The notes beneath the pieces were generated by a model. It was not told the DNA's origin and searched no databases. It saw only the letters and a program-made list of their open reading frames with translations. DNA of 64,000 bases, from assembly GCF_048268045.1 (NCBI RefSeq), contig NZ_JBLWWG010000010.1, positions 47,288-111,287 of the forward strand, read 5' to 3'. Source of the DNA: Stappia sp. GTDB lineage: Bacteria > Pseudomonadota > Alphaproteobacteria > Rhizobiales > Stappiaceae. Positions within the stretch are counted from its first letter, which is position 1. Each line of letters starts with the position of its first letter. This document shows, in pieces, positions 60,254 to 64,000 of the stretch. The translations under genes and the position numbers were made by a program.

Positions 60254-62012
60254 TCGCGCGTTCGCCGGACAGGAAACGCTTCGCCGCAGGGTCCAGCCCA
60301 CTCAGCCTGCGCCCAAGCCAGGGAATGCCCGAGACGAATCCCAGCCGGGTGCGAAGATCGAAGGCGACACAATCGCCCGCCATCGAGACGTGATGCGGTG
60401 AAGTCAGTCGCGCGAATTCCGCAAGCGGGTGTTCATCGCCGACAGGTGTTTCCAGATAGGCCCCGTCGGCGTCGAGGCCGATGCGCCGCACCTCCACCGC
60501 CTGGCCGTAGTAGCTCCGGTTGTTCTGCATGACCCGCATGGGTCCCTCCGCGTCGGCGAAGACATCCCCGGCGCCCCGGCCGAGCCCGTGCGAGCCGTCG
60601 GCGAAGATCCCCTTTGCATTGACCGGATCGGCGACAAGACCGCCCGTCGCCGGATCGTCCATATGGTAGACTGCAAGCGTACGTGCGCCATCTGCTCCTT
60701 CCGGCTTCTCGCACAGGACAAGGCGCCAGCCGCCGCCCTCCTTGAAGATCACCGCATCCACCGCATTCGTGCTCCCCTTCATCCGGCGCACGCGGCGCCA
60801 TTTGTCGGGAAACCGCTCGCACCGGTAAAGATCGAGCGCGCCCATGGCGCAGGTCTCCGGCAACATGTGGAGCACGCCACCGACCTCGAACAGGAAGGGA
60901 TAGGACGCATGTTCGCGGATCGGCAGCACCGGCACCGGCGGGCCCGGCTTCAACGCCTCGTCCAGTTCCATGGCAACCAGACGTCCGCGTTGCTCAAGAT
61001 ACTCGAATTCCTCGACGAAGAGCCATAGCCGCCCATCGATCCGGCGCAGGAACGGGTCCGCGTAATAGCTGAATGCAGGTGCGGAAACAGCCGTTGGCCG
61101 GATGTCGCCGGAGCGCATGACGAAAACCTGAAAATGCTCCTTGGGAAGGCGATGCAGGCCGAGCAAACGCCGGCGATAAAAGTCCTGCCAGCGCAGGTTG
61201 GCCCGATCTCCCGCCTTGTAGAGCCGATGCCAGAGGCGTTGCAGCGGGTCGGTCCAGGATGGACGGTTCGGGGTGATCTTGTTGCGCGTGCTCGCCCAGC
61301 GTATCGGTCGGGGCGAGGAAATGTCGACGTCGTCGCCATTGAGAACCAGATCGCCCGCGGCCTCTGCCCTCAAGAGCAGGATGGTCAGCACCGTCTGGTC
61401 GGCGTTGTGGCGGGGCGTCGCCGGGCGGAAGGCAAGCGGATCACCTGCAAGCCGGGCCCAGTCCTCGACAAGCCGTCGCACCGCTGCCCGCTCCAGATCG
61501 AACCCCAGCAGCCCGCCGATCCGGATCTGCCGGTCGAGGAACTCCGGCTCCACCCGCAGATAGGTCAGAACCTCCGGCAGGCAGCGCTCGCTCAGGTTCG
61601 CCTGCCCCTTCAGCGTGTAGCTGCCATTTTGGGCCAGAACCGACAGTGGCTCGGACAGATCCGCACGAAGGAGCGTCGCGCTGTCGAACCAGAAGAGGTG
61701 CCCGCCAAAACGCTCCGCCGCGTCGGCAATGGCCAGAGGCTTCCAGGCATAGGTGCCCGCCGCAACCGCCACATGCGGCGGGTGGTCGGCAAACGGGAAA
61801 CGAATGACCTCGGCGAAGGGGAAGCGGGCCGCGATCAAGGCGCGGTCTTCATTCGAGAGGCCAAGATCGTAAACGAGGACGCGGGCGCTCTCGCACACAC
61901 GGCACCGCTTCAGGTTCGTCAGAAGCTGAAAGAGCGTGCGGGCGAAACGCGCGTCCGAGCCGGTCGCTATCGTGCAATTCGTCCCGGCACCGGTCCTGCC
62001 TGTGCTTGTCAT
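60141..62012 (-). CDS. Two-domain protein: DUF1647-like GT module + GINT1-N-like beta-propeller (glycoside hydrolase-like)
   Basis: N-terminal YDLGL, RFPFADHPPHV, YAWKP, WFDSA and RHNADQ motifs; C-terminal YADPFL..LFVEEF, HASYPFLF, MLPET and LYR...FPDKW motifs. Confidence 0.65.
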   Translation of the reverse strand: MTSTGRTGAGTNCTIATGSDARFARTLFQLLTNLKRCRVCESARVLVYDLGLSNEDRALIAARFPFAEVIRFPFADHPPHVAVAAGTYAWKPLAIADAAERFGGHLFWFDSATLLRADLSEPLSVLAQNGSYTLKGQANLSERCLPEVLTYLRVEPEFLDRQIRIGGLLGFDLERAAVRRLVEDWARLAGDPLAFRPATPRHNADQTVLTILLLRAEAAGDLVLNGDDVDISSPRPIRWASTRNKITPNRPSWTDPLQRLWHRLYKAGDRANLRWQDFYRRRLLGLHRLPKEHFQVFVMRSGDIRPTAVSAPAFSYYADPFLRRIDGRLWLFVEEFEYLEQRGRLVAMELDEALKPGPPVPVLPIREHASYPFLFEVGGVLHMLPETCAMGALDLYRCERFPDKWRRVRRMKGSTNAVDAVIFKEGGGWRLVLCEKPEGADGARTLAVYHMDDPATGGLVADPVNAKGIFADGSHGLGRGAGDVFADAEGPMRVMQNNRSYYGQAVEVRRIGLDADGAYLETPVGDEHPLAEFARLTSPHHVSMAGDCVAFDLRTRLGFVSGIPWLGRRLSGLDPAAKRFLSGERAITDALARLLPELVAQVRPLDGRPQHDLRLSSDLPDGG

Positions 62013-62105
62013 GTTCCGCGCTACCCGGCCCAATTTCACTTGAGGCCTTTGACCACGCCGGACAAGGCCAAGGCAAGGAAAAGGGGCAAGGCGACGCCAG
62101 TCCTG

Positions 62106-63500
62106 CTAGCCCTGCGTTCCCGCAGCCCGACCGGCGACAAGACCGAGGGCAACGGCCGTGAGCAGACCGTTACCGGACAGATAGCCTGAAGCGTCATTTC
62201 CCGAGACCCCGCAAGCGGCCCCGCCGACGGCATAGAGGTTGGGCAGTGCCTCGCCTCCCTGTCCGATGACGCGCGCTGTCTCGTCGACCACGAGACCGCC
62301 CTGTGTGTGGAACAACGCCCCCGTCACCCGTACCGCATGGAAGGGCCCCTCGAGCTGCGCGACGCCCTCGAAACTCCGGCCGAATCGGTCGACCGCGCCC
62401 TCCGTCTTGGCCCGCGCGACGTCGGCAAAGCTCTCCTTCAGGGCTGCCGCCGGAACGTTCATCCGCTCGGCCAGCTCTTCCGGGCTCGCACCCGACAAGA
62501 CGATGCCCATGGCCTCGGCCCGCCGGTAGTCCTCGAACTGACGAACGATGCCGGCAATGCGCGCATCGAAGACGGTGAAGGCAAGGCCAGCGGGCTGGCG
62601 CAGCACTTCCGCCGCCTGCTCGGAATAGCCTTTCGCCTCGTTGGAAAACCGCTCACCCGCGCTATTCACCTGAAAGCCCCCCTCGGTGACGGTCGCCCAG
62701 GAGATCAGGATACCGGCGGGATGCGCCACCGAGCCATGACCCTGATGGCCATTGAGATGCCGGGTCGAAGCGCCCAGCGCCTCGCCCCAGACCAGTGCGT
62801 CGCCCTGGTTCCCCTCGTGGCCGAAGTAGAGCGCGCCGGACAGCGAGGAAATGTGTTCAGCGACCAGTGCCTTGTTGCCGCCATAGCCGTTGCAGGCCAG
62901 GACGAGGCGAGCGCAACCGACCTCATCCCGTGCTCCGTCGGGACGGGCGAAGGCCAGACCGCGCACGCGGCCGCTTCCATCGGCATAGAGATCGGTCACA
63001 TGGGCGTCGCACAGCACCTCGATGCCAGCGTTCTCTACCGCCTGTCGCAGCGCGTCGATCAGTTCCTCACCGGACCGCGAAGGCAGCCCGTGCATCCGTC
63101 GCGCCGAGTGGCCCGGATAGGTGAAATCCTCGATTACCGAAAAATTCAGCCCGTGCCGGTCGGCGAGCCATTCGATCGCCGGCCCAACGGTTTCGGCCAC
63201 AAGTGAGACCAGACCTGCATCGGGCTCGCCATGGGCCTTGGCCATGATATCGCGCGCGAAAAGCTCTGGACTGTCCTGGATGCCGGCGGCCTTCTGGAAG
63301 CGGGTGCCCGGCGCGGGTATCAGCCCTGCCGACAGCGCCGTGGAGCCACGCGGCAGCGGATCTCGCTCCAGGACCAGTACGTCGGCCCCGGCCTCGTGTG
63401 CGGCAAGGGCCGCAACAAGACCCGCCGCACCGGCGCCAACAATGACCACCGGAACCTCGAACTCAAACCCCTTCCCCTCGACCCGGGACACCTGTGACAT
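62106..63500 (-). CDS. FAD-dependent oxidoreductase (FAD_binding_2; TcuA/flavocytochrome-like)
   Basis: VIVGAGAAGL, GSTALSAG, HTQGGL, LYAVG and SGNGLLTA motifs. Confidence 0.88.
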   Translation of the reverse strand: MSQVSRVEGKGFEFEVPVVIVGAGAAGLVAALAAHEAGADVLVLERDPLPRGSTALSAGLIPAPGTRFQKAAGIQDSPELFARDIMAKAHGEPDAGLVSLVAETVGPAIEWLADRHGLNFSVIEDFTYPGHSARRMHGLPSRSGEELIDALRQAVENAGIEVLCDAHVTDLYADGSGRVRGLAFARPDGARDEVGCARLVLACNGYGGNKALVAEHISSLSGALYFGHEGNQGDALVWGEALGASTRHLNGHQGHGSVAHPAGILISWATVTEGGFQVNSAGERFSNEAKGYSEQAAEVLRQPAGLAFTVFDARIAGIVRQFEDYRRAEAMGIVLSGASPEELAERMNVPAAALKESFADVARAKTEGAVDRFGRSFEGVAQLEGPFHAVRVTGALFHTQGGLVVDETARVIGQGGEALPNLYAVGGAACGVSGNDASGYLSGNGLLTAVALGLVAGRAAGTQG

Positions 63501-63634
63501 GCGACCTTCACCCTCTTCAGACAGCTACCTGACGTTTTTCGAAAACAATAATCTGTATTACTTTTAAAACAAGATTTGATTCAGACAGCGCGTCGTGCGC
63601 TAATTTCGGTGCGTAGCCGGGGAAGGAGCAAGGC

Positions 63635-64000
63635 ATGGCCAAGCCAGGGCAATCGGGAGCCAGGACGCTTTTCGACAAGGTCTTCGACAGCCACGTGGTC
63701 ACGGAAGGCGACAGCGGGCAGTGCCTGCTGTGGATCGACCGGCACCTGTTGCATGAAGGTTCGTTTCACGCCTTCAACAAGCTGAAGGAGCGCAGCGCCT
63801 CCGTCTTTCGCCCTGACCTCACCTTCGGCATCGAGGATCACTACGTCCCCACACGCACGCATGACCTGACGAAGGTCGACCCGGCGATCCGCGGCATGAT
63901 CGAACAGTTGCGGGGCAATGCCCGCCATCACGGCCTGCGGCTCTTCGGTCTCGACGACCCAGCGCAAGGCATCGTCCATGTGGTCGGCCCTGAGCAGGGG
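63635..64000 (+). CDS. Aconitase-family hydro-lyase large subunit, LeuC paralog (truncated by window end)
   Basis: MAKPGQSGARTLFDKVFDSHVV...LLWIDRHLLHEGSFHAF...DHYVPT...QGIVHVVGPEQG; not in the ORF track because it has no stop within the window. Confidence 0.88.
   Translation, partial: MAKPGQSGARTLFDKVFDSHVVTEGDSGQCLLWIDRHLLHEGSFHAFNKLKERSASVFRPDLTFGIEDHYVPTRTHDLTKVDPAIRGMIEQLRGNARHHGLRLFGLDDPAQGIVHVVGPEQG

Noticed and set aside
1-64000. CRISPR arrays, IS elements, integrases, rRNA
   Set aside because: I saw no regularly spaced repeats, transposase/recombinase motifs or rRNA-like sequence on manual reading; a computational repeat scan was not possible.

Overview
GC-rich alphaproteobacterial chromosome segment. 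Gene content suggests Hyphomicrobiales, Stappia/Roseibium-like (inference). It is mostly core and accessory metabolism, with no CRISPR array, transposase or integrase that I could see. Main blocks in order: (1) TIGR03808 protein, class-3 asparaginase, aminotransferase and the polyamine genes hss/odc with a speF leader. (2) EF-hand protein opposite an OmpR/HK pair, a PilZ protein, glcB, a DMT transporter and a CPA1-cNMP antiporter. (3) An orphan LuxO-like sigma54 activator and a BTAD/TPR regulator, followed by a 660-bp intergenic region with two plus-strand terminators and highly structured sRNA candidates, then a globin-coupled MCP. (4) Divergent tRNA-Gln and tRNA-Pro. (5) An RsrR-like Rrf2/AhpD pair with a perfect 37-bp operator. 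(6) An NnrR-boxed nitrite-reduction/NO cluster (nnrS, paz, ccoG-like, nirV, nirK, nnrR, DUF1858, second nnrS) with a guanidine-II riboswitch/gdx inserted. (7) chaA, YjeH-like exporter/Lrp, a solo HerA-like ATPase, a globin+CZB chemoreceptor and a rhodanese. (8) The malonate matR-matPQM-matA-matB cluster. (9) L,D-transpeptidase, FadR, uup, GDYXXLXY/DUF2157 (probable AUU start), pit, NUDIX, prfC and DUF2585. (10) An unusual convergent pair of glycosyltransferase-like genes. (11) A flavoprotein/LeuC-paralog catabolic locus cut by the window end. The best novelty candidates are the LuxO-like/sigma54/sRNA module, the NO-plus-guanidine-gated gdx, the DUF1647-GINT1-like fusion pair, the Trp-less RsrR homolog and the non-canonical start codon. 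All family assignments come from motif recognition; no database searches were run.
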